Origin: a candidate division WOR-3 bacterium
Lineage (GTDB): Bacteria > Hydrothermota > Tepidihabitantia > SM23-42 > JAOAFX01
Length of the DNA: 60,211 nt
Reading direction: 5' to 3'
NCBI GenBank assembly: GCA_039802265.1
Contig: JBDRWI010000005.1
Coordinates: forward strand, 1 to 60,211
Part shown: positions 1 through 9,500 of the stretch, piece by piece
Layout of the letters: each line of letters begins with the position of its first letter
Position numbering within the stretch: the stretch's first letter is position 1
The notes under the pieces: generated by a model
What the model was told of the DNA's origin: nothing
The model's input: only the letters and a program-made list of their open reading frames with translations
Databases searched by the model: none
Translations under genes and position numbers: made by a program

Positions 1-219
1 ATCCAAGTATTTTTGAAATCCTTTCTTTTGATGTCTTTTTGCAAATCCTTCAGCAATTAGACGTGGTATTGCCTTTACCGACCTTCTCAATTGGTCAACA
101 AGGTCAAATTGTTCGGCCTTTGGTAATTTAGGAATAATTTTTGTTAATACAATGATGGATGCTTCGTATGTTTTTTGATATACATCCAGGTCAGTGAAGC
201 TTTTAATCTTCTGCCCCAT
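1..219 (-). CDS. Four-helix-bundle protein (23S rRNA IVP / Avd-like family), 3' end runs off the window; not in ORF track
   Basis: Manual translation from ATG 219: MGQKIKSFTDLDVYQKTYEASIIVLTKIIPKLPKAEQFDLVDQLRRSVKAIPRLIAEGFAKRHQKKGFQKYLD. F-x-DL-x-VYQ, LP-x-x-E-x-F-x-L-x-DQLRRS and IAEG match the family pattern. GGAGG SD upstream. Confidence 0.88.
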   Translation of the reverse strand, partial: MGQKIKSFTDLDVYQKTYEASIIVLTKIIPKLPKAEQFDLVDQLRRSVKAIPRLIAEGFAKRHQKKGFQKYLD

Positions 220-231
220 TTACGACCTCCT

Positions 232-312
232 ATTACCTAAACCTTATCTCATTTCTAAACCCAAACCCACTAATCATTTTTTTCAACCATCTTCCCAACC
301 CCAACATATTAA
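232..312 (-). repeat. Degenerate ~6-nt-period repeat tract upstream of the four-helix-bundle gene
   Basis: Minus strand reads GTTGGG GTTGGG AAGATG GTTGAA ... GGGTTT GGGTTT AGAAAT GAGATA AGGTTT AGGTAA, with strong strand asymmetry. Confidence 0.5.
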
Positions 313-599
313 CCTTTTTCTTTGCACTTACAATGCATTTCGCCACATTTGGGACAACCACGGATATACTTCTCCATCGCCTTTTCTGCATTAATGCCAA
401 GGATTGAACCAACAGACAAAAGCCAGGCAAGGCAATCTGCGAATTCTTCGTTTATCATCTTTTTATCTTTTTTCCGAATTGCCCTTGCCAGTTCACCAAT
501 CTCTTCAATTAGCCAGTTAAAGGTCTTATCAAGACCCCTTTTTGAGTCCTTTTTAAAATATATCTTTTCAATGAGTTTTTGATATTCACTTAGATCCAT
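309..599 (-). CDS. MazG-like nucleotide pyrophosphohydrolase
   Basis: EEIGELA...EEFAD acidic motif; C-terminal CPKC...C-x-C. Confidence 0.85.
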   Translation of the reverse strand: MDLSEYQKLIEKIYFKKDSKRGLDKTFNWLIEEIGELARAIRKKDKKMINEEFADCLAWLLSVGSILGINAEKAMEKYIRGCPKCGEMHCKCKEKG

Positions 600-622
600 A
601 GCGTCTGCCAGTTAATTTATTC

Positions 623-650
623 ATTATATTCATATTTGTTTCAAAATCAA
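623..650 (-). promoter_or_regulatory. Sigma70-like promoter of mazG-like gene
   Basis: TTGATT-N16-TATAAT on the minus strand. Confidence 0.6.
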
Positions 651-672
651 GGTTATTGGTTTCTTTAATATC

Positions 673-1803
673 TTATACTGCCTTTAAGAAAAGTGACTTT
701 AGATAATTACCCTCAGGGAAGTTTAACAATACCGGATGGTCCTTTGTCGCACTGCCCTGGTGGATAATCAGGAATTGGCGCTTTGCGTCATTTGCAGCCG
801 CAACTAACATTTGCAGGAATTCATTTTGCGAGATGTGGTAGGAACAGGAGGAGGTAAAGAGAATTCCTTCGTTATTAAGCAGTTTCATCGCCATCAGGTT
901 TATCTCTTTATACCCGCGCAGGGCTTCAGACTTCTTATTTTTTGACTTTGTAAATGATGGAGGGTCAAGAATGATTGTATCAAATTTTTTCTTCTCATTA
1001 TAAAATTTACGTAAGTCTTCAAAGACATCACCAACTTTAAAATCAATTTGATAACCATTCAAATGACTGTTCTGCTGCGCCAGGTTAATTGCCCCAGGTG
1101 AGATGTCTATGCCCAGGACTTCGCCATTTTTCGCCGCATAGAGTGAAAAGCCACCGGTATAACAGAAGCAATCAAGAATTTTGCCCCTTGCCAGTTCGGC
1201 AATTTTCTGGCGATTGGCGCGCTGGTCAAAGAAGAAGCCGGTCTTCTGTCCATTGATGATGTCCACTAAAAATTTCAGTTCATCCTGTTCAATCTGGACA
1301 AGTTCAGGAACCTGCCCATAGGCAATTTTATTTAATACATCCAGTCCCTCAAGTTTGCGCAGATGTTCATCGTTCTTTTCGTAAATCCCTCGCGGTTTAT
1401 AGTCTTCGATCAAAACCCGAAAGAGCAGGTCTTTCTTCTTTTCCATCCCCAAAGAATTTATCTGGACAACATAGTAATCGTTATATTTATCAATAATCAG
1501 TCCGGGCAGACCGTCACTTTCACTATGGACAAGGCGAAAACTATTACCAAGGCCTTTCCTCTTTTGCATTGCATCCTGTAATCTCTTTCTTATTAAATTC
1601 TCATTGAAGTCCTCTTCAATAGTAGAATAGAGTCTGACCTCAATGAGCGAATGGGGATTAAAAAAACCACTACCGATGGTCTTTTTCCTTTCTTCTACCC
1701 GTACTACATCGCCGGGTTTGATTCCATCTTCAATACTGACTACTTCATTGGAAAATATCCAGGGATGGTTAAGATGCCGGCGCCGCACGATAACTTTTTT
1801 CAT
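673..1803 (-). CDS. rlmI: RlmI/RlmK-family SAM-dependent rRNA methyltransferase (PUA domain); start moved from 1848 to ATG 1803
   Basis: HPWIFSNE, ESDGLPGLIID, GQKTGFFFDQR, FCYTGGF, ILDPPSF, SSCS. The upstream extension overlaps the promoter. Confidence 0.85.
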   Translation of the reverse strand: MKKVIVRRRHLNHPWIFSNEVVSIEDGIKPGDVVRVEERKKTIGSGFFNPHSLIEVRLYSTIEEDFNENLIRKRLQDAMQKRKGLGNSFRLVHSESDGLPGLIIDKYNDYYVVQINSLGMEKKKDLLFRVLIEDYKPRGIYEKNDEHLRKLEGLDVLNKIAYGQVPELVQIEQDELKFLVDIINGQKTGFFFDQRANRQKIAELARGKILDCFCYTGGFSLYAAKNGEVLGIDISPGAINLAQQNSHLNGYQIDFKVGDVFEDLRKFYNEKKKFDTIILDPPSFTKSKNKKSEALRGYKEINLMAMKLLNNEGILFTSSCSYHISQNEFLQMLVAAANDAKRQFLIIHQGSATKDHPVLLNFPEGNYLKSLFLKAV

Positions 1804-1810
1804 AGTTTTT

Positions 1811-1839
1811 ATTATATCCAATTGCAAGCCGCCTGTCAA
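1811..1839 (-). promoter_or_regulatory. Sigma70-like promoter of rlmI, probably leaderless
   Basis: TTGACA-N17-TATAAT, then 7 nt to ATG 1803; no SD. Confidence 0.75.
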
Positions 1840-1847
1840 TTTTACCA

Positions 1848-1875
1848 TTGACTTATTAAATAAAATTTATAAAAT
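1848..1875 (+). promoter_or_regulatory. Sigma70-like promoter of first C25 gene, probably leaderless
   Basis: TTGACT-N16-TAAAAT, then 7 nt to ATG 1883. Confidence 0.65.
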
Positions 1876-1882
1876 AATTATT

Positions 1883-4800
1883 ATGAAATGCCTCCGGTTT
1901 TTTCTTGGAATAACCGGTCTGGGTTTTGCTATGGTCTTAGATATCCCAGTTGATAATATAGAATATCAATTGGAAGACTTTCAGGGATTTCAGCGTATCG
2001 TCTTGCCCAATGGAATATACTACGGCACACCGGGTAGTCCTGAACTGCCAATGGTTGTTTATAACTACTTACTCCCCCAGAATCAAAGAATAAAAGAAGT
2101 AATGGTGATTGCCGAGGAGTGGTCTTTAATCCCGGGTAATTTTACTCTCTTTCCGGTTCAGTATCCAAAGACCATCGACGAAAGCCCGGCGTTTACTGAA
2201 CCAGATTCCACAATTTATAGTACCGCAAATTACTATCCAGAAAATTGTATTTATACCTTTAATTCAGGAAATATGAGGGGATATAAAATTGGACAGATTG
2301 CGGTTATTCCTTTTAGATATAATCCGGTTCTGAGGCGTTTAGAAATCCTAAAAAGTCTAAAACTTGCAATAAACACGATTGATTGTAATTGGGGCGTTTC
2401 TCCAAAAAGACAGACCGCTCTCTCAAAGACAACTTTTGAGAAACTCTTTCAGTCAATTATCAACGAAGAGATAAAGGGGTCTGCACCTTATTATTCTCCA
2501 TCCTTTTCTGTTGAGGAAAATCCCCAAGACTTGAGTCCTGCGGAATTGCCATCGCTATTGGGACCACCGGTAGATCTTTTAATCATTACTACCGAAGAAA
2601 TGCTACCGGTATACAGACAATTCGCTTGGCTAAAAAAAATCCTTGGTTTCAATACCGTAATAAAGACCTTAACCTGGATAAGACAACACTACACCGGCAT
2701 TGATGATGCAGAGCGGATAAGAAATTTTGTCAAAGAGGCAGTTGAATACTGGGGGGTCAGTTTTGTCCTTCTGGGAAATGATGTTCCTATAATTCCGACA
2801 AGGTGGGTATGGCTTGAATACCTAATGGGATACTTCCCATTCTGCATTGCCACTGATTTATATTTTTCGGACCTTGATGGAAACTGGAATTATGACGGTG
2901 ATAACCGGTTGGGTGAGGTTTCTGATTCCATAGATTTTTATCCTGATGTGATTGTGGGGAGAATCCCGGCACGAAATTGCGATGATGTAGCAGGATACCT
3001 TTCCAAATTGCATTCCTATCTATTTGACCCCCATTGTCCTCCATCCGGTGAACCACCGTATCAAAGGAAGGTCTTCTTTATTGGCTCAAAGTTACATTAT
3101 GATTATGATGCCTACTATATCTCACTCAGTTTAAGCAACCACCTGCCTCAGAGTATTTTCAAAAATTATCTATACGAGGGGCATTTGTCCGATTTCAAGA
3201 ATAAAATCTATGAGGGATATAATCTAATTACCTTCATCGCCCATGGTGATGTTAACCTAATGAGGGTACATACCCTGCCGCGTGAGAATGTTACAAACTT
3301 CGGATTTGATTCTTTGACAAATGGAATCTATCCCTTGATGGTTGTTATTACCTGTTATGCTGGACCGTTTCAGGAAGACTGTCTTGGCGAACACTGGGTT
3401 ATGAATCCATCGGGAGGTGGTATTGGCTTCATAGGACCGACGAGTTCAAGTGTTGCCTCCTATCATCAAGATTATACCAATTTTCTCCTTGATTCACTAT
3501 TTGCATTATCACTGGGGGGGGCATTGTCTTATTCAAAAATACCACTTATTCCCCCCTCCCAGATTTCTTATAACTGGCATCGGATATATCAGTTTTCTTT
3601 AAATCTCCTCGGTGACCCAACTCTAATGCTATGGCGTGACATGCCTGAATTCATAAACTCAGTCAATATATATCCCGATACAGTATGTGTTGGAATTGAA
3701 ACAGTTACGGTGCAGATTACCCCACCCCTTGATTCATTTGTCGTGGTTTTATATAAAGAAAATGAGTTGTTTATCAAAGAGACCGGCTATGCCGGTTATT
3801 GCCAGGCTATAATAAAGACGAAATCCACTGGTTTTTTGAAATATACAATTTTAGCACCAACCCGTATCTCCTATATTGATTCAATCTATGTCAAACTAGC
3901 TTCATCATACCTTGTATATTTTAATCATACAATCTATGATACAATCGGAAATGGAAACGGAATTGTCAATCCAGGGGAGAGAATATTTCTTAGAGTTAGT
4001 CTTGCAAATAACGGCACCGAGACTGCTAATGGAATATCAGTCACTCTTGGTACCCAGGACAGCTTTATTACAATCTTGAATGATACCTCGGGTTATCCTA
4101 TAATCGATCCCGGAGAACACGCCGAAAATTTAACGCCATTCTACTTTTTCACAAAGAATTCAATACCAGATGCCCATCCAATAATTTTTAATCTCCAGAT
4201 TAAATATTCAGGGACTTATAATTATGACACCTTTCAGATAATTCCTCAGGCACCCAGGCTCTCACTTTTCACCCAGAGAGCAAATAATAATGGAGATACC
4301 ATCGGGATATTGTGCTACATTGAAAATAGAGGAAGTTGTATTGCTGATTCAGTCGTTGCCCGGATAAGTTCTTATTCTGATACAGTTTTGGTCCTTGATA
4401 GTATTGCAAATTTCTTAAATATCCAGGCACATTCCATTACCCCGGCAGTTGATTCCTTTAAGTTGTTTTTAAACTATCCGGGTAGTGTCTTATATAACTT
4501 CCGACTCTATTATCGGGGGATAGAGGTGATAAATAATAAGATTAAACTGGCAACACCACCGCAGCCCGATTCCCTGATTTCATTCGGTATGCCCAATTCA
4601 ATTGCCCTTAGCTGGAAGCCGATAACCAGTGCAATCGGATATAGAATCTATCGGGCAGTAAATCAAAGTGGTCCTTATCAATTTTTAAAAAATAATCTTG
4701 AGCCAATCTGTTATTTTGAAGATTACAATGTTCAACCCGGGATTCACTATTATTATTATCTTTGTGGGGTGGATTCTTCAATGAATGAGGGGATTAATTC

Positions 4801-6433
4801 CGATACAGTCCAGGCAATGACAAATCCTATTGTAGCACAGGGCTGGCCCAGGACTGTTTATGGTTATCTCTTCTCATCAGCGAATTTTGGAGAACTTGAT
4901 CCTTCTTATCCTGGTTTGGAGATTGTGGTCTGCGGTAAAGAGGGGAGTGTCTATGCATGGCACTATGATGGGACACCCCTTGCTGGCAGTCTTGATGGTC
5001 GAATATTTCAGGGCAATGGAGAAATCTGGTCTTCACCGGCGGTCGGGGATGTAAATTTGGATGGGAAATCAGAGATCTGTTTTGGTATAAGGAGGAGTGC
5101 CGATAACCTATATGTCCTGACAAAAAATGACACAACCTGGATTCCCCTGTCAGGCTGGCCAAAATCATTGCCAGGCGGTGTTCTTACCTCACCGGTTTTA
5201 TCAGATATTGATAATGATGGCGACCTTGAGATTTTTGTTATCTCAGAATGGGGTATGCTCTATGCCTTCCACCACACCGGTGCTGGCGTCTTTTCTCCGG
5301 ATGGGTTGTTAAAAGAACTCTATGGTTCACATAGGGGTTCCCCGGCAATAGGCGATATCAATGGTGATGGTAATTTAGAGATTGTTGTCTGCGGTGGTAG
5401 TGAATCGGACTCCCTCTTTGTCTGGGATAGATACGGGAACTACCTGACACCATTTCCGATAAGGGTTATTCCCAATATGTCTTTTTCGCCGGTTCTTGGT
5501 GATGTTACCGGAGATGGCAATTTAGAAATCTGTTTTTACACTGATTCCACAAATTTTGTTCATCTGGTTGATGCAAATGGCAATATCCTATGGCAGAACC
5601 ATATTCCACTACTGGGTGATGTTGAGGCATATCCGGTATTCGCCAATATCACGGGGAATGAGAGACCCGAAATAATCTGTGGTAGTAATCAGGGTTACGA
5701 GGTTTTGTGTGTATTTGATTCTTTGGGTAATATGATTTCGGGATTTCCACCCCAATTCGGGCACGACTTCAAACTTCCAATTGGGGCTGATATCAACGGT
5801 GATGATTCAATGGATATATTATGTGGCGCCGGAGACTGGAATCTCTATGCGTTCCAGAATGATGGTAGTCTTGTCACCGGCTTTCCGATTCACTTCGGAA
5901 TCAGGATAGAACAATCGCCTGCTGTCTTTGATATTGATATGGATGGTAAATTAGAATTGATGGTGGGTGCCAATGACTACAAATTCTGGGTATTCAATCT
6001 CAATTCCCGAAATTTTGACTGGCCCAGATTTCGCTATGACCAATATAACACCGGTTGCTACAAATCCGAAAATTTGCCGGGAGGAGTAATTATTCACCGC
6101 GCACTTGCTAATTCTTATTCCCAATTACTGGTCTGTCCTAACCCATTCCTTGAGAAAACAGAAATCAGATATGAGATAAGAGATATGGGCAGATATATGT
6201 CTGTTTATCCCATATCCCATATCTCACATCTCCCATCAGCCAGCATAAAAATCTACGACATCACCGGTCGGCTGGTTAGAAGTTTCTCCCCGTTAACGGT
6301 CAACAATAAGCGGTCAACGATTATCTGGGACGGCACTGATAATTGGGGTAGACATTTACCAGCGGGTGTCTATTTTGTGCGATTAGAGGCTTGGGGTTTA
6401 AGCAAGGTAAAAAAGGCAGTATTAATTAAGTGA
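1883..6433 (+). CDS. Secreted C25 (gingipain-family) cysteine peptidase with propeptide, Ig/FN3 domains, FG-GAP/VCBS repeats and T9SS/FlgD-type CTD; start moved to ATG 1883
   Basis: Signal peptide MKCLRFFLGITGLGFA; propeptide GxPELP; TDLYFSDLDG, VGRIP; dyad FIAHGD and ITCYAG; NLLGDP; repeated SPAxGDxxxDGxxEI; PNPF...IYDITGRLV...WDG...GVYF. Confidence 0.88.
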   Translation: MKCLRFFLGITGLGFAMVLDIPVDNIEYQLEDFQGFQRIVLPNGIYYGTPGSPELPMVVYNYLLPQNQRIKEVMVIAEEWSLIPGNFTLFPVQYPKTIDESPAFTEPDSTIYSTANYYPENCIYTFNSGNMRGYKIGQIAVIPFRYNPVLRRLEILKSLKLAINTIDCNWGVSPKRQTALSKTTFEKLFQSIINEEIKGSAPYYSPSFSVEENPQDLSPAELPSLLGPPVDLLIITTEEMLPVYRQFAWLKKILGFNTVIKTLTWIRQHYTGIDDAERIRNFVKEAVEYWGVSFVLLGNDVPIIPTRWVWLEYLMGYFPFCIATDLYFSDLDGNWNYDGDNRLGEVSDSIDFYPDVIVGRIPARNCDDVAGYLSKLHSYLFDPHCPPSGEPPYQRKVFFIGSKLHYDYDAYYISLSLSNHLPQSIFKNYLYEGHLSDFKNKIYEGYNLITFIAHGDVNLMRVHTLPRENVTNFGFDSLTNGIYPLMVVITCYAGPFQEDCLGEHWVMNPSGGGIGFIGPTSSSVASYHQDYTNFLLDSLFALSLGGALSYSKIPLIPPSQISYNWHRIYQFSLNLLGDPTLMLWRDMPEFINSVNIYPDTVCVGIETVTVQITPPLDSFVVVLYKENELFIKETGYAGYCQAIIKTKSTGFLKYTILAPTRISYIDSIYVKLASSYLVYFNHTIYDTIGNGNGIVNPGERIFLRVSLANNGTETANGISVTLGTQDSFITILNDTSGYPIIDPGEHAENLTPFYFFTKNSIPDAHPIIFNLQIKYSGTYNYDTFQIIPQAPRLSLFTQRANNNGDTIGILCYIENRGSCIADSVVARISSYSDTVLVLDSIANFLNIQAHSITPAVDSFKLFLNYPGSVLYNFRLYYRGIEVINNKIKLATPPQPDSLISFGMPNSIALSWKPITSAIGYRIYRAVNQSGPYQFLKNNLEPICYFEDYNVQPGIHYYYYLCGVDSSMNEGINSDTVQAMTNPIVAQGWPRTVYGYLFSSANFGELDPSYPGLEIVVCGKEGSVYAWHYDGTPLAGSLDGRIFQGNGEIWSSPAVGDVNLDGKSEICFGIRRSADNLYVLTKNDTTWIPLSGWPKSLPGGVLTSPVLSDIDNDGDLEIFVISEWGMLYAFHHTGAGVFSPDGLLKELYGSHRGSPAIGDINGDGNLEIVVCGGSESDSLFVWDRYGNYLTPFPIRVIPNMSFSPVLGDVTGDGNLEICFYTDSTNFVHLVDANGNILWQNHIPLLGDVEAYPVFANITGNERPEIICGSNQGYEVLCVFDSLGNMISGFPPQFGHDFKLPIGADINGDDSMDILCGAGDWNLYAFQNDGSLVTGFPIHFGIRIEQSPAVFDIDMDGKLELMVGANDYKFWVFNLNSRNFDWPRFRYDQYNTGCYKSENLPGGVIIHRALANSYSQLLVCPNPFLEKTEIRYEIRDMGRYMSVYPISHISHLPSASIKIYDITGRLVRSFSPLTVNNKRSTIIWDGTDNWGRHLPAGVYFVRLEAWGLSKVKKAVLIK
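6158..6280 (+). repeat. 123-bp dispersed repeat, copy 1, containing an in-frame heptamer-unit hairpin (6167-6231)
   Basis: 120/123 identical to 14022-14144 by manual alignment. Arms AGATATGAGATAAGAGATATGGG and CCCATATCCCATATCTCACATCT are 20/23 complementary. Confidence 0.9.
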
Positions 6434-6450
6434 GAAGGCAAATTTGATAA

Positions 6451-6478
6451 TTGACAGACAGTAAATTTTTAGTATAAT
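6451..6478 (+). promoter_or_regulatory. Sigma70-like promoter of S8 gene
   Basis: Perfect TTGACA-N16-TATAAT; AGGAGG SD before ATG 6565. Confidence 0.75.
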
Positions 6479-6564
6479 TTTTAATGGGATAGGACGAAGA
6501 GGAGGTGATGGAAAAAAACACATAAAAAGGTTGAAGTCTCAATTGGGGTAAAAAAGGAGGCAAG

Positions 6565-9500
6565 ATGAAAAGAATTTTGCTATCTTTGATGGTTTTGTTT
6601 TTTGTACTGGGTTTGGCAAACTCTGTTACAAGCCCGAAAACTGCATCAAGGTCAATTCCTGGAGAAACGAAAGGTAATAAACTTGAGAATTTTGAGGGGC
6701 CGGATGCTATCCCTAAATTTTTGGATGAGACAAAAGCTCAATTTATTCCAGCGAAGTATGGTGATGGGACAAAGATTATCTTCTCAAATGGAATCTATTT
6801 TGACACAAAGTTCCTTGGTAAAGATGGTGAACCCGATTTGCCTGAAGAGTTGAAAATCCAATATCGTGAAGATGAATCCGGTTATTACATAGTCCAGTTC
6901 TCCGGACCGATCTATGAGATACAGAAGAAGTGGCTTGAAGAAAATGGTGCAAATATTCATTTTTATATCCCAAACTATGGCTTTGTCGTTTCAGTAAAGA
7001 ATCGGACGCAGATTGAGGCGATTCGCACAAACCCTTCGGTTAACTGGGCGGGGATTTATCAGCCCGCTTATAAGATTTCTAAAATGTTCAACAGGGTTGG
7101 TGAAGAGCACATTGTTACAATCCTTTTGTTTATGGATTCAGATATTGCTTTGGTTCTCGATGAGATAAAGGCGATAACAAAAAAGACAGAGTTTGCTATC
7201 GTTGATAATGGCATAAACAAAATAATCCGTGGTGTGATAAATAAAAAAGACTTAAGTGCAATTGCGCATATAAAGGGAGTCTACTGGATTGAACCGTATA
7301 TCCGTCCGGTGGTAAACAATGACTATGTCCAGTGGATTGTTCAATCCGGCACCTCAGGAGTAAGGAGCATCTGGGCAAAAGGAATAGCAGGTGAAGGTGA
7401 GATTGTTCATACCTCTGATACAGGAATCAACTGCAACCATTATGCCCATCTTTCAGGAAGTTCTCCAATCACAACCTGGGGTGACTATCCAAGCCACAAT
7501 GCGATTATCGCCTACAAGCCGGGTGGACCGAGTGATAAGGTATTATTCGGCGATGGTCAGGGAGGTGGTAGTTATCACGGCACGCACACCGCCGGAACAA
7601 TTACCGGTGATGATACATTAACATCTGGCGGCAGTGCCCGCGATGGGGTGGCAAAACGTTCAAGGATATATTTTACTGACATCGGGGGAAGTGCTGATAC
7701 GCTGTGGATATTCGGTGACCTTAATGAACTTTTTATCCTCCCTTATAATGGAAACAGTGCAGGGGGAGCCCGCGTCTCATCAAATTCCTGGGGTGCGGCA
7801 GTAGCCGGTGAATATACGGCGGAGGCGCAACAGGTTGACCAGTTTATGTGGGCACACCGGGATTTTCTCATCTGTATGTCTAACGGAAATGAAGGTCCAG
7901 GCACAAATACTGTTGGTTCTCCTGCAACTGCCAAGAACTGTGCCTCAATTGGCGCCTCAGATAATGGAAGCACCTACTACACATATCTGGCGAGTTATTC
8001 CAGCCGCGGACCGACTGATGATGGTCGGCAAAAACCAACAGTCCTGGCACCGGGTGGTTATTATGCCTATGTCTATTCTTCTACAAGCGGAACAAATACC
8101 TACGGCGGAATGCAGGGTACAAGTATGGCATGCCCTGGTGCGGCTGGTGCGGCAGCCCTGGCACGCCAGTATCTAAGGGAAGGCTGGTATCCTTCAGGTA
8201 AGAAAACAGCCGGCAATGCCTGGAGTTATATCAGTGCGGCAATGCTCAAGGCAATTCTGGTCAACTCGGCAGACACCAATATGAGGCAGGGCACAAATGG
8301 ATATATCCCCAATAACAACCTTGGCTGGGGTCGGATTAATCTGGATTCCACGCTTTACTTCTCTGGTGAGGCACGCAAGACATTGCTCCTTGATGATACA
8401 ATAGGGGTTTTGACTGGTGAAAGAAAGGACTATCACTTTAATGTCCCATCAGGTGCTGCAAATTTGAAGATTACCGTGGTCTGGACCGACTACCCAGGAA
8501 ACCCTGCGGTCTTAAAACAGATTGTAAATGACCTGGATTTATACTGTCAGATTGGTTCTACATTCTACAGGGGGAATCAATATTCAAATGGGCAGTCAGT
8601 GGCAAATCCTGCAGGCCGAGATTCACTCAATGTTGAGGAGTGTGTCAGGGTTAATTCGCCGACTGCGGGTGACTGGCTTGTGCGCATAGAAGGCAGGAAT
8701 GTTCCTTTTGGACCACAACCCTTTGCCTTGGTGATTACCTATACCGCAACTGCCGTGGCCGGCGTAGTTTCAACTGATAAACCGGTCTATCGGGCAAATG
8801 ACTTTATAATTGATACAGTTAGAGTCAGGGTGGAAGACCCGAATTATGGTGCAGTTGGGATTCGTGATACAGTCAGGGTTGTGCTCAGTGGCAAGTATAT
8901 TGAGACTCAACCTGAAACACTAAAGTGTGTTGAACTTGCGGAGAGTTCCTATATCTTTAAAGGTGAAATTCCATTGCTCTTCCGTGGGGCAACCCATAAT
9001 GATGGAAGACTATCCGTCTGTCAGGGTGATACAATCTATGTCTCCTATACTGACAATAGCCCTTCTTATACCTCTACAACCTGGGCTGGAGTTGATGCCT
9101 GGTATTTTGTTATTTCCAATGTCCATTGCGAAAATATCTCCGCCACTTCGGTTGATGTCTGCTGGACCACAAATGAAGGTTCTAACTCCAAGGTTTACTA
9201 TGGAACAAATCCCACCAATCTCAATCAAATAGTAAGCGTAGATACACCTTATTGTATACCCCATAGGGTAAGACTTTCAGGATTGAGCGAAAATACAATC
9301 TACTATTACGATGTTGAATCCAGGGACTTCCGGGGAAATGTAGTGCGTGATAACAATAATGGCCAGCACTATACATTCAAGACCGGTTCGCAGACCGGTG
9401 TTGATATTCTGGTTTTACTGTGTGATGGTGTTAATGATGCTACCCCCACCGGGCAACCGCTTCCTAACTTAAGAGAACGTTTCCGTAAGGCAATTGAATT

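Noticed and set aside
1643..1882. 80-aa N-terminal extension of the first C25 ORF, and the 1848 start of rlmI
   Set aside because: The extensions overlap rlmI and the divergent promoters; the signal peptide begins at ATG 1883.
3514..3521. G8 tract inside the first C25 gene as a phase-variation switch
   Set aside because: Short, in frame (encodes Leu-Gly-Gly), with no evidence of length variation from one sequence.
6167..6231. Heptamer repeats as a CRISPR array or DGR TR/VR pair
   Set aside because: No repeat-spacer structure and no reverse transcriptase in the window. Only three differences exist between the two copies and one is C/T, so there is no clear adenine-specific pattern.
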